Shown piece after piece: positions 1 to 8,875 of a stretch of 64,000 bases of DNA. The stretch lies in NCBI GenBank assembly GCA_017554605.1, contig JAFZIA010000003.1, positions 1,688-65,687 on the forward strand, written 5' to 3'. The stretch is from Bacteroidaceae bacterium (GTDB lineage Bacteria; Bacteroidota; Bacteroidia; Bacteroidales; Bacteroidaceae). The position numbers and the translations under genes were made by a program. Numbering within the stretch: position 1 is the first letter of the stretch; each line of letters begins with the position of its first letter. The notes under the pieces were generated by a model. The model ran no database searches. It saw nothing but the letters and a program-made list of their open reading frames with translations, and had not been told where the DNA came from.

Positions 1-917
1 CGGATTGCAATGGAAGTAGCTATGTAATTGGAGAAGAAGCGTTCTACAATTGCAACAGCCTTACAAGCATAACAATACCCAACAGCGTAACAACTATTGG
101 AAAATACGCGTTCTGCGAATGCAGCAACCTTGCAAGCATAACATCACTTATCACTGCCGACAAATTATTCGCAATAGATAGTTATGTATTCGAAGAAGAA
201 GTTAAGAACAATAGCACATTATACGTTCCCGCAGGCGCAAAAGCCACATACGCAGCAACAAGCGGTTGGAACGAGTTTAAGAATATAGTTGAGCTACCCT
301 CTACCGAGACATTCGACCTTACAGTCTCCGCAGCAAACTACGCTACACTCTATCTGGATTACAATGCAAGAATCCCCGCAGGCGTTGAGGTTTATACAGC
401 AAGCACAGTGGACGGCAACCGCCTTATGATGGAGCAGGTAACCGATATTCTTCCCGCAAACACAGGCGTAATTGTGAGAGCAGAGCAAGGCTCATACACA
501 TTTGAGCAGAGCTTTGAGGAGACCGAAGCAATTGAGAACAACCTGCTCCGTGGTTCAGTAGAGGACGAATACATCACACCCGAGAAAGGCGCAAGATACT
601 ACGTTCTTTCAATGAAGGACGGTGTTGTGGGAATGTACAAGGATGCACTCAGCGGTGGCACATTCAAGAACAATGCACACAAGGCTTACCTTGTACTTAA
701 AGCCAACATTGGCATCTACGACGAGGAGGTTAACACCCAGAATCCCGGCGTGCAGCTAAGCAACAGCTACTACTTCGATTTTAGCGGTACAACAGCAATA
801 GAGCCCGTTATAAACGAGGTTGAAGACAACATCTACTACGACCTCAGCGGCCGTCGCGTGGAGAACCCCACACAAGGTATTTATATTGTGAACGGTAAAA
901 AGGTATTGGTAAAATAA
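1..917 (+). CDS. BspA-type leucine-rich-repeat surface protein, C-terminal part (5' end outside window), with a short T9SS-like C-terminal tail
   Basis: Frame 3 is open from position 3. LRR-like text reads ...FYNCNSLTSITIPNSVTTIGKYAFCECSNLASI... and ...TLYVPAGAKATYAATSGWNEFKNIVE. The C-terminus is ...IYYDLSGRRVENPTQGIYIVNGKKVLVK*. Confidence 0.75.
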   Translation, partial: DCNGSSYVIGEEAFYNCNSLTSITIPNSVTTIGKYAFCECSNLASITSLITADKLFAIDSYVFEEEVKNNSTLYVPAGAKATYAATSGWNEFKNIVELPSTETFDLTVSAANYATLYLDYNARIPAGVEVYTASTVDGNRLMMEQVTDILPANTGVIVRAEQGSYTFEQSFEETEAIENNLLRGSVEDEYITPEKGARYYVLSMKDGVVGMYKDALSGGTFKNNAHKAYLVLKANIGIYDEEVNTQNPGVQLSNSYYFDFSGTTAIEPVINEVEDNIYYDLSGRRVENPTQGIYIVNGKKVLVK

Positions 918-942
918 AGCATACTACTTACTACAATAGATT

Positions 943-984
943 ATCCGCGAGCTTTTCAAACAAAGAAAAGCTTGCGGATTTTTT
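943..984 (+). terminator. Rho-independent terminator after the LRR gene
   Basis: 15-bp stem atccgcgagcttttc / gaaaagcttgcggat with 1 mismatch, 7-nt loop, followed by TTTTT. Confidence 0.6.
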
Positions 985-1429
985 CAGCCCCTCTTATTGT
1001 ATTTTTTATCACCCAGACCAGTGCTTTTGTTATTTTGTTTACATTTTTGCTCAACAGACTCACAACCAATTGAATCTCTAATAGTTAACATTCACAAAAA
1101 CAAAGAAAAAAGCGTCGACACTCTGCGAAAGTTGAAAAAAACGCAACTTTCGCAGAGTATCGGGGTGTTTCTTGGAAAAATATTATATTTTTGCCACAGC
1201 CTTCTCGTCATTGTTCAGGAATCCACAGCCATACGTTGAAATAATCTCATAGCTTGCGAAGCACCCCGAAGGTATGACAAGGGAAGAAACAAGCACAGGG
1301 CTGAAAATTACCACTTTTGGCTTGAAAGACGGAATGTACAGCGACCAGATTATAGCAAAGCTCAATATGGACGACCTCTTCCAATCCTGACCTACAAATT
1401 TACAATAGCAGAACCGTGATTCATACATT

Positions 1430-3925
1430 ATGAAAAGAGAGATAATCGCATTGATATTGGCAACCGTGCTACTGGCAGGCTGCACACCCTGTAAGGAAAC
1501 CTCAACAGCACTCTACGACAGTGGCGTATCGCTACAGCTTGCGCAACAGCGCAAGGAGAGCATAAAGGAACTTGCATACTCGCTGTACTTCTCGATTCCC
1601 AAGGAGAAAAGCAGCCCCGTCGAGGGAGTTGCCGAGATTAGCTTCTCTGTAGACAAGCTCCAGGAAATTATCGTCGACTACCGCGAGACGGAGCGCATTA
1701 AGGAGGTGACTGTAAACGGAAAAGCCACAGCATACACCCTGAGGAACGAACATATCATCATTCCGCAGGGAGCGGTGGAGAGGGGGAAGAACAGCATCAA
1801 GGTTACATTCACCGCTGCCGACCAATCGCTCAACCGCAACGAGGAGTTCCTGTACACCCTCCTTGTCCCCGACAGGGCACGCACCCTTTTCCCCTGCTTC
1901 GACCAGCCCGACCTAAAGGCAATATTCACCCTTACACTGGAGCTTCCTGCCCAGTGGACAGCTGTAGCGAACAGCGCAGTAGCCGTCGAGGAGCAGATCG
2001 ACAGCCGCAAAAGGATAACATTCAACCCCACAGAGCCGTTGAGCAGCTACCTCTTCTCCTTTGTGGCGGGAGAGTTCAAGCGCGAACTATACGACAACGG
2101 CAAGCACTCCTTTGCTGCATACTACCGCGAGACCGACCCCAAGCGCATAGCGCAGCTACCCGTCATATTCGGGCAGGTGGCCGATGCACTCGACTGGCTC
2201 GAGGAGTACACGGGCGTGGCCTATCCCTTTGCGAAATATGACTTTGTGATACTGCCGGGATTCCAATATGGAGGAATGGAGCACACGGGAGCCACTCTCT
2301 ACAACGACACGCAACTGTTCCTGAGCGAGCACCCCACACCCGACGAGGAGCTGCGCCGCGCCGAACTCATCGCACACGAGACAGCGCATATGTGGTTCGG
2401 CGACCTTGTGACAATGCAGTGGTTCGACGACGTGTGGACAAAAGAGGTGTTTGCCAACTACTTTGCAGCACGTATAACAGAGCCGCAGTTCCCCGATATA
2501 AACCACCGCCTGGGGTGGCTCAAGAGCATTGTCACACCAGCACTCACCGAAGACCGTACAGCCGGAGGAACATCCATCAAGCAGCCACTCGACAATATGT
2601 GCAACGCAGGGCTCATATACAACAGCATAATATACAACAAGGCACCCGTGACGCTCGAAAAGCTCATAGAGATTATGGGCGAGGAGGCCTTCCGCGAGGG
2701 AATAAACGAGTACCTCACCCGCTACGCCTACGGCAACGCCACGTGGGACGACCTTATAGCTATCCTTGACAGCAGATGCAGCGCCGACCTTGCCGCACTC
2801 AGCGATGCGTGGGTGAACCAGCGGGGAATGCCGAGCATAGCCTTTACACTTTGCAACGACACTCTCATTGTGCGGCAGAGCGACCCCTATGGCAGGAATC
2901 TTGTGTGGCAGCAGAGCTTTGGCGTGACGCTCGGAGGCGACGAGTGCAAGGAGATGGAAATAAGCATCACCGACACGCTCCACAAGATACCCCTTGCCCA
3001 AAAACCCGATTACATACTCCCCAACAGCGACGGAAGAGGATACGGATATTTCATATACGACAGCAGGAGCCTTGAATGGACGCTCAACAACTGGCACAAC
3101 ATCGGCGACGAGGTGTGCCGTCAGGCGCAACTGATGAACCTGCACGAAGAGTACCAGCACCGCAGGTTGAGTGCAGAAGAGTGGCTCGCGAGCCTCATCG
3201 CAGGAACAGAGAAGGAGAGGAACACGCTTGTAGCATCGAGCATATGCAGCTACCTCTACAGGCCATTGATAGAGGTCAGCGACCCACAAAGAGAGAAAGA
3301 GCTGCTGGCACTTGCCAACGGACACCCGTTGAAGAGCTTCCGCTTGCAGATAATGCGCACGCTCATTTCGGCTGCAACGTCGCACGAGGTATGCAATGAG
3401 CTATATACCATCTGGAAAGAGAAGAGCCACCCGCTGCTTAGCGAGAATGACTATATCACACTGGCCTACGAGCTCTCCCTGCGCTTCCCCGACAGGCACA
3501 AGGAAATTACAGATACACAGCGCGAGAGAATAAACAACCCCGACCGCCTGCGTCAGTTCGACTTTATCTCGCGGGCCGTGACACCCGACACACTGGAGCA
3601 AGAGGCACTGTTCCGCTCGTTGCTGCTACCCGAGAACCGCCGCATAGAGCCGTGGACACTGAAGACATTGGGCTATCTGTGCCACCACACACGCCGCGCA
3701 CAGGCAGTAGGATACATACGTCCCGCCCTCGATGCCCTGCAGCATATACAGCGCACAAGCGACATATTCTTTCCGCAGAACTGGGCACGTACCCTGCTCA
3801 AGGAGCAACACAGCAAAGAGGCCGTGCGCGAGCTGGAGCAATTCCTGGGCGACAACCCCCACTACCCCGCTCTGCTCAAGAACAAGATTCTGCAGGCAGC
3901 GTGGCCCTATCCGATGGTGAGGTAA
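1430..3925 (+). CDS. M1-family zinc aminopeptidase (aminopeptidase N-like), probable lipoprotein
   Basis: HETAHMWFGD (HExxH) with a downstream WTKE... Glu, a GGMEHTG exopeptidase-like motif, and an N-terminal LLAGC lipobox. Confidence 0.9.
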   Translation: MKREIIALILATVLLAGCTPCKETSTALYDSGVSLQLAQQRKESIKELAYSLYFSIPKEKSSPVEGVAEISFSVDKLQEIIVDYRETERIKEVTVNGKATAYTLRNEHIIIPQGAVERGKNSIKVTFTAADQSLNRNEEFLYTLLVPDRARTLFPCFDQPDLKAIFTLTLELPAQWTAVANSAVAVEEQIDSRKRITFNPTEPLSSYLFSFVAGEFKRELYDNGKHSFAAYYRETDPKRIAQLPVIFGQVADALDWLEEYTGVAYPFAKYDFVILPGFQYGGMEHTGATLYNDTQLFLSEHPTPDEELRRAELIAHETAHMWFGDLVTMQWFDDVWTKEVFANYFAARITEPQFPDINHRLGWLKSIVTPALTEDRTAGGTSIKQPLDNMCNAGLIYNSIIYNKAPVTLEKLIEIMGEEAFREGINEYLTRYAYGNATWDDLIAILDSRCSADLAALSDAWVNQRGMPSIAFTLCNDTLIVRQSDPYGRNLVWQQSFGVTLGGDECKEMEISITDTLHKIPLAQKPDYILPNSDGRGYGYFIYDSRSLEWTLNNWHNIGDEVCRQAQLMNLHEEYQHRRLSAEEWLASLIAGTEKERNTLVASSICSYLYRPLIEVSDPQREKELLALANGHPLKSFRLQIMRTLISAATSHEVCNELYTIWKEKSHPLLSENDYITLAYELSLRFPDRHKEITDTQRERINNPDRLRQFDFISRAVTPDTLEQEALFRSLLLPENRRIEPWTLKTLGYLCHHTRRAQAVGYIRPALDALQHIQRTSDIFFPQNWARTLLKEQHSKEAVRELEQFLGDNPHYPALLKNKILQAAWPYPMVR

Positions 3926-4053
3926 TAGGGAGATACGCCCAACACCCCGAAAGAAACAGACACTAAATTCATATCTGTGCAAGTTAATTTATTAGAACAG
4001 CAAATAACGCCCAATAATACACCGTAACGCAGGACGATAGAGATACAGTATTA

Positions 4054-4325
4054 TTAAGAAGCTGTTTAAATTTCTAAAAAAAGTATTTATTATATTGGAA
4101 GCCGTTATTTCGTTGTTTTTTATGTTCAAAATTGCCTGTTTTCTTCTTTCTCTCGGTTACGTAGCCCGCTACGCGCCCTCGAAAAATAATAAAACATTTC
4201 ACTTTTGCATTGCGCCAAAATAGGCTGCACTCGCCGAAAAACTGCAAGTAAACTTGCGTTTTGCTCGTTGGCAATATTTTTGACCTATAAAAAACTTAAC
4301 GATATAAATTTAAACAGCTTCTTAG
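4054..4325 (+). mobile_element. IR-bounded repeat element, copy A (MITE-like or inverton-like), ~272 bp
   Basis: Termini are ttaagaagctgtttaaattt ... aaatttaaacagcttcttag, a 19/20 inverted repeat. The interior matches the reverse complement of 42488-42683 and carries ~75 extra bp at about 4199-4275. Confidence 0.65.
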
Positions 4326-4636
4326 TCCAACAAGTCTTCAGCTTTAATATACGGCAATCAGCAAACAGAAAAAACGTGGGTGCTGTTATGGGTTACCGCG
4401 CTTTGAGGCTCTATGCTACCATCTGTTCGCAACAGACAATAGCCCACGCCAAGCAGTATATGGTGCAACCACGGTGTATGAATATATAACATAGACGTGG
4501 GCACTTTGTTCATTAATAGGTTGGATCTGTCTGTATTTCGGCGTAGGATAAAGACAAAATGCTATATGCCAAAATTAGCAGCAACCGCAGACGGTTACTG
4601 CATACAAATGTAGTGCAAAGCAGGAGAATAATAAAA

Positions 4637-4644
4637 TAAATTTG
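4637..4644 (+). promoter_or_regulatory. Candidate Bacteroidetes -7 box (TAAATTTG) for radA
   Basis: Exact match to TAnnTTTG, 67 nt upstream of ATG 4711. Confidence 0.4.
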
Positions 4645-4710
4645 AATAAAAAATGTTTGCGCTTGATAAAAAGCGTTGCAAGCATTATCTTAGCGGCTCA
4701 ATTTGATATT

Positions 4711-6078
4711 ATGGCTAAAGAAAAGACAATTTTCCTGTGCAACGACTGTGGATATGAGTCGCCCAAATGGGCGGGAAAGTGCCCGTCGTGCGGTGCGTGG
4801 AACAGCTTGGTCGAGAAGAGGGTGCGTACAGGCGGTTCGGGTGGAGCGGCTCTCCAGTCCTCCTTTTCGGCCCAGTCGCAGCCTGTGCTCATAGACACTG
4901 TCTCCACCGATGAACTTCCGCGCATAAGTATGGGCGACGCTGAGCTCGATCGTGTGCTTGGCGGCGGGCTTGTGCCCGGTTCGCTTGTACTGCTCGGCGG
5001 TGAACCGGGTATCGGAAAATCGACCCTCATTCTGCAAACTGTGCTGCGTCTATCGGGGCAAAGGATTCTATATGTCTCGGGCGAGGAGAGCGTGCAGCAG
5101 ATTAAGCTGCGTGCCAACCGCATCGAATACTCGCAGTCGCAATGTATGATTGTGTGCGAGACACAGCTCGAGACTGTATTTACGCACATAAAGAATGTGC
5201 AGCCGCAGATTGTGATAATAGACTCCATACAGACTATGTGCAGCGAGACTGTCGACTCCTCACCGGGCAGTATGTCGCAGGTGCGCGAGTGTACGGCTAT
5301 GCTGCTGAAGTATGCCAAGGAAAATAATGTCCCTGTTATTCTCATTGGCCACATTACAAAGGACGGTGCAATAGCCGGGCCTAAAATCCTTGAACACATT
5401 GTAGACGTTGTAATACAGTTCGAGGGCGACCAGCACCACCTCTACCGTGTGCTGCGCTCTATAAAGAACCGCTTCGGCAGTACTGCTGAACTTGGAATAT
5501 ATGAGATGCGCCGCGAGGGACTGCGGCAGGTGAACAACCCATCGGAACTGTTGCTGAGCGAGCGTCACAGTGGAATGAGCGGCGTTGCAATAGCATCGGC
5601 AATAGAGGGCGTGAGTCCTTTCCTCATAGAGGTACAGGCGCTTGTGGGCAGCGCTGTCTATGGTACTCCGCAGCGCTCGTCGACGGGCTTCGACACGCGC
5701 CGTATGAATATGCTGCTCGCTGTGCTTGAGAAACGAGTGGGTTTCAAGCTGGCACAGAAGGACGTTTACCTGAATATTGCTGGAGGATTGAGGGTGAACG
5801 ACCCTGCAATAGATCTCTCGGTGATAAGCGCCATCTTGTCGAGTAATATGGACGTGGAGATTGAGCCTACGGTATGTATGGCGGGTGAGGTCGGACTATC
5901 GGGCGAGATACGTCCAGTAAACAGGATAGAGCAGCGCATTGCCGAGGCTGCAAAGCTCGGCTTCAGCCGCATAATAGTTCCCAAGAGCAATATGAAGGGG
6001 CTCGATGCATCGCGCTTCGCAATAGAAGTGAAGCCGGTTGCCAAGGTCGAGGAGGCTTTCAGGCTAATCTTCGGATAG
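4711..6078 (+). CDS. radA: DNA repair protein RadA/Sms
   Basis: N-terminal zinc ribbon CNDCGYESPKWAGKCPSCGAWN, Walker A GGEPGIGKST, KNRFG motif and a Lon-like C-terminal domain. I prefer ATG 4711 over the TTG at 4642 used by the ORF track. Confidence 0.92.
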   Translation: MAKEKTIFLCNDCGYESPKWAGKCPSCGAWNSLVEKRVRTGGSGGAALQSSFSAQSQPVLIDTVSTDELPRISMGDAELDRVLGGGLVPGSLVLLGGEPGIGKSTLILQTVLRLSGQRILYVSGEESVQQIKLRANRIEYSQSQCMIVCETQLETVFTHIKNVQPQIVIIDSIQTMCSETVDSSPGSMSQVRECTAMLLKYAKENNVPVILIGHITKDGAIAGPKILEHIVDVVIQFEGDQHHLYRVLRSIKNRFGSTAELGIYEMRREGLRQVNNPSELLLSERHSGMSGVAIASAIEGVSPFLIEVQALVGSAVYGTPQRSSTGFDTRRMNMLLAVLEKRVGFKLAQKDVYLNIAGGLRVNDPAIDLSVISAILSSNMDVEIEPTVCMAGEVGLSGEIRPVNRIEQRIAEAAKLGFSRIIVPKSNMKGLDASRFAIEVKPVAKVEEAFRLIFG

Positions 6079-6121
6079 TGGCGGTAAAAGGTTTTAGCAC
6101 CGACAGTTAAATGTTAATCAG

Positions 6122-7717
6122 ATGACACACGAATATCAGATAAGAGTACTGCCGCAACAGGCGGCAAACGAGCAGATGCTCAAGGAGTACATTGCCGGCG
6201 AGAAGGGGTTTGCTTTCCGCTCGATAAATGGAGTGCGCGTGTTGCGTCGCAGTATCGATGCGCGCCAGCGTACAATATATGTCAATCTTACCGTAAGGGT
6301 ATATGTGAATGAACAGCCCAAGGACGACGAGTATGTGAAAAAGGAGTACCCTTGTGTCGACGGGGCGCAGCGTGTCATTGTGGTGGGCGCAGGCCCTGCC
6401 GGACTCTTTGCAGCCCTCAAACTCATTGAACAGGGGCTGTGTCCCATTGTGGTGGAGCGCGGAAAGGACGTGCGTTCCCGCAAGGTTGATGTTGCCAATA
6501 TAAGCCGCACGCATACGGTGGATCCTGAGTCGAACTATTGCTTTGGCGAGGGTGGAGCAGGTGCATACTCCGACGGTAAGCTCTACACACGAAGCAAAAA
6601 GCGAGGAAGTATCGAAGGGGTGTTGAATACATTCTGCCAGTTCGGTGCAAGCCCCGCGATTCTTGCCGATGCGCACCCGCATCTTGGAACGGACAAGCTG
6701 CCGAGGATAATAGAGAATATGCGCAACGCTATCCTTGAGTGTGGCGGCGAGGTGCATTTTGAGACACGAATGGAGGAACTGCTCATTAAGGGCGGACGCA
6801 TCTGCGGTGTACGTACCAATCGTGGCGAGTTCCTTGCTCCCTCAGTGATTCTTGCAACGGGACACTCGGCCAAGGACGTCTACCGCAATCTGCACGCGAG
6901 CGGTGTTGCCCTCGAGGCTAAGGGTATTGCCGTGGGTGTGCGTCTGGAGCACCCCTCGGCGCTGATTGACCAAATTCAGTACCACAATCCCGCCGGGCGC
7001 GGAAAATATCTTCCCGCAGCGGAATACAGCTTTACTACACAGGTCGACGGACGCGGTGTGTACAGTTTCTGTATGTGTCCGGGCGGTGTCGTGGTGCCGT
7101 CGGCGTCGGGAAGCGAGGAACTGCTCGTGAACGGTATGTCACCGTCGCACCGTGGCGGCAAATGGAGCAACTCGGGAATGGTGGTGCAGATTAACTGCGA
7201 GGATATAGATCACCCCGATATGTTTATCGATGTAGATGGCTTTGAACCTGTAGATGCTGCGTCGCCCCTGCGCGTGATGGCTTTCCAGGAGAGGCTTGAG
7301 CGTCTCTGCTGGATTATGGGCAATCGCCGTCAGACGGCTCCTGCGCAGCGTATGACCGACTTTGTGCGCGGCAAGCTGAGCTACGACCTTGCCGAGTCCT
7401 CGTATGCTCCGGGACTTATTTCCTCGCCTATGCACTTCTGGCTGCCCAAGTTCATCTCGGGTCGCCTGCAGAGGGGATTCGACAATTTCGGGCGTACGTC
7501 GCGCGGTTTTCTTACCCGAGAAGCAACAGTCATAGGTGTGGAGACGCGAACATCGTCGCCCGTGCGCATTGTGCGCGACGGCGAGACATTGCAGCACGCG
7601 CAGATTGCAGGACTCTTTCCCTGTGGCGAGGGTGCGGGATATGCGGGCGGCATTGTGTCGGCTGCTGTCGACGGTGAGCGTTGCGCGGTGTCGGCTGCCG
7701 AGTATATAAAAGGCTGA
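6122..7717 (+). CDS. FAD/NAD(P)-dependent oxidoreductase (COG2509-like FAD-dependent protein)
   Basis: Rossmann dinucleotide motif VIVVGAGPAGLFAA. Length and C-terminal GEGAGYAGGI motif are typical of this family. Confidence 0.8.
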   Translation: MTHEYQIRVLPQQAANEQMLKEYIAGEKGFAFRSINGVRVLRRSIDARQRTIYVNLTVRVYVNEQPKDDEYVKKEYPCVDGAQRVIVVGAGPAGLFAALKLIEQGLCPIVVERGKDVRSRKVDVANISRTHTVDPESNYCFGEGGAGAYSDGKLYTRSKKRGSIEGVLNTFCQFGASPAILADAHPHLGTDKLPRIIENMRNAILECGGEVHFETRMEELLIKGGRICGVRTNRGEFLAPSVILATGHSAKDVYRNLHASGVALEAKGIAVGVRLEHPSALIDQIQYHNPAGRGKYLPAAEYSFTTQVDGRGVYSFCMCPGGVVVPSASGSEELLVNGMSPSHRGGKWSNSGMVVQINCEDIDHPDMFIDVDGFEPVDAASPLRVMAFQERLERLCWIMGNRRQTAPAQRMTDFVRGKLSYDLAESSYAPGLISSPMHFWLPKFISGRLQRGFDNFGRTSRGFLTREATVIGVETRTSSPVRIVRDGETLQHAQIAGLFPCGEGAGYAGGIVSAAVDGERCAVSAAEYIKG

Positions 7718-7791
7718 ATTTGAATTTATATACACCAATAAAGCCACTGCATTTGCAGTGGCTTTATTGGTGTATATATATGTAAGCAATA

Positions 7792-8754
7792 TTAGATGTG
7801 GCTTGTAAGTATCTTCATCTTGCCGTTGGGAACAATGTCGAGTGCAGTGGCTGTTGCTGGAACGAGTATCGACTCGCCTTGGCGCACCTGCATCTGCTCG
7901 CCGTTGTTGTCGGTTATAGTGCCTTCGCCCTCGGTGCATATTACAATCACAAACGAGTCGAGCGACGCAAGGTCGATGGTTTGTGCCTTTGTAAGATTGT
8001 AGAGTGCTGTTGTAAAGTAGGGGCACGATACAAGCTCGGTGCGCTGGTCGTCGGCTGCCTCGTAGTGTGTGCGGTAGTCGTCCTGTACGCTGTAGTCGAT
8101 GACGGCCTTGCTCTGCTCGGTGTGCAGCTCGCGGGGATTTCCGTTGGCATCTACGCGGTTGAAGTCGTATATGCGGTAGGTGATGTTCGATGTCTGCTGA
8201 ATCTCGGCAATGAATGCGCCTGCTCCAATGGAGTGTATGCGTCCGGCAGGAAGGAAGAAGAGGTCGCCTGCGTGTATGTCATACTCGGCCAAAAGGTCGG
8301 TGATAGTGTTGTCGGCAATGCTTGCCTCGTACTCCTCGGGGGTGACCTTCTTTGCAAAGCCCGAGCGCAATGATGAGCCTGGGTCGGCATCTACCACGTA
8401 CCACATCTCGGTCTTTCCCTTGGACTGGTGGCGCTCCCACGCCTGCTCGTCGTTGGGGTGTACCTGTATCGACAGGTCCTGACGCGCGTCGATGAATTTT
8501 ATCAGCAGGGGAAACTCCTCGCCGAAGCGCTCGTAGTTGGCTGCTCCCAGCAATTTTGCTCCGTCGCGCTTGATGAGCTCGGGGAGCATCATACCTGCAT
8601 CGGGACCTTCGGCAACTATCGACTCATTGTCCTTTACGCCCGATATTTCCCAGCTCTCGCCCACCTGTTTCTGGTCGGATACTATGCCTTTGTAGGGTAG
8701 AATTTTCTCTCCGCCCCACAGCATCGATTTTAGTATTGGTTTGAATTTGTACAT
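7792..8754 (-). CDS. manA: Class I mannose-6-phosphate isomerase
   Basis: N-terminus KPILKSMLWGGEKI, the SIQVHPND and KTEMWYV cupin metal-site motifs, and LPAGRIHSIG. Confidence 0.85.
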   Translation of the reverse strand: MYKFKPILKSMLWGGEKILPYKGIVSDQKQVGESWEISGVKDNESIVAEGPDAGMMLPELIKRDGAKLLGAANYERFGEEFPLLIKFIDARQDLSIQVHPNDEQAWERHQSKGKTEMWYVVDADPGSSLRSGFAKKVTPEEYEASIADNTITDLLAEYDIHAGDLFFLPAGRIHSIGAGAFIAEIQQTSNITYRIYDFNRVDANGNPRELHTEQSKAVIDYSVQDDYRTHYEAADDQRTELVSCPYFTTALYNLTKAQTIDLASLDSFVIVICTEGEGTITDNNGEQMQVRQGESILVPATATALDIVPNGKMKILTSHI

Positions 8755-8875
8755 AGTGTTTATGCTTTTGGTGTTATTGTCTGATTTGCGAAAATAGTAA
8801 TTTTTTATAAACGGTTGTATATATGAGCGGATTTTTGATTAATTTGCGGGACAAATCGTAAAATTAACCCATTTT

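Noticed and set aside
1274-1390. 38-aa plus-strand ORF in the aminopeptidase upstream region, considered as a real gene
   Set aside because: - It has no recognisable family and no distinct start context.
- It sits in a region equally well explained as a leader or an antisense RNA.
- It is kept only as part of the intergenic finding.
997-1485. ORFs 997-1239 (plus) and 1183-1485 (minus) in the first intergenic region
   Set aside because: - Their translations are hydrophobic and low-complexity, running across a terminator and a hairpin.
- The minus-strand ORF overlaps the aminopeptidase start.
2156-3385. 409-aa minus-strand ORF inside the aminopeptidase gene. Similar long antisense or off-frame ORFs occur at 7139-8026, 13028-13756, 31463-32635, 41087-42175, 45422-46429, 48236-49339, 56988-58064, 58576-59643 and 62090-62923
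   Set aside because: - Each lies entirely opposite or out of frame to a gene with clear family motifs.
- Their translations are low-complexity (Arg/Val/His/Cys-rich) and carry no motifs.
- Long shadow ORFs are expected where the true frame uses G/C-rich third positions.
4074-4489. ORFs 4074-4274 (minus), 4205-4489 (plus) and 42322-42534 (minus) overlapping the repeat element copies
   Set aside because: - They run through the inverted-repeat element.
- They have implausible composition.
- The 75-bp indel between the copies disrupts them, so the conservation is at the DNA level, not the protein level.
4560-4605. Small hairpin gcagcaaccg-caga-cggttactgc with an adjacent minus-strand TACATTTG box upstream of radA, considered as a tiny sRNA
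   Set aside because: - The implied transcript would be only ~40 nt.
- The motifs are short enough to arise by chance.
- No supporting conservation can be assessed here.
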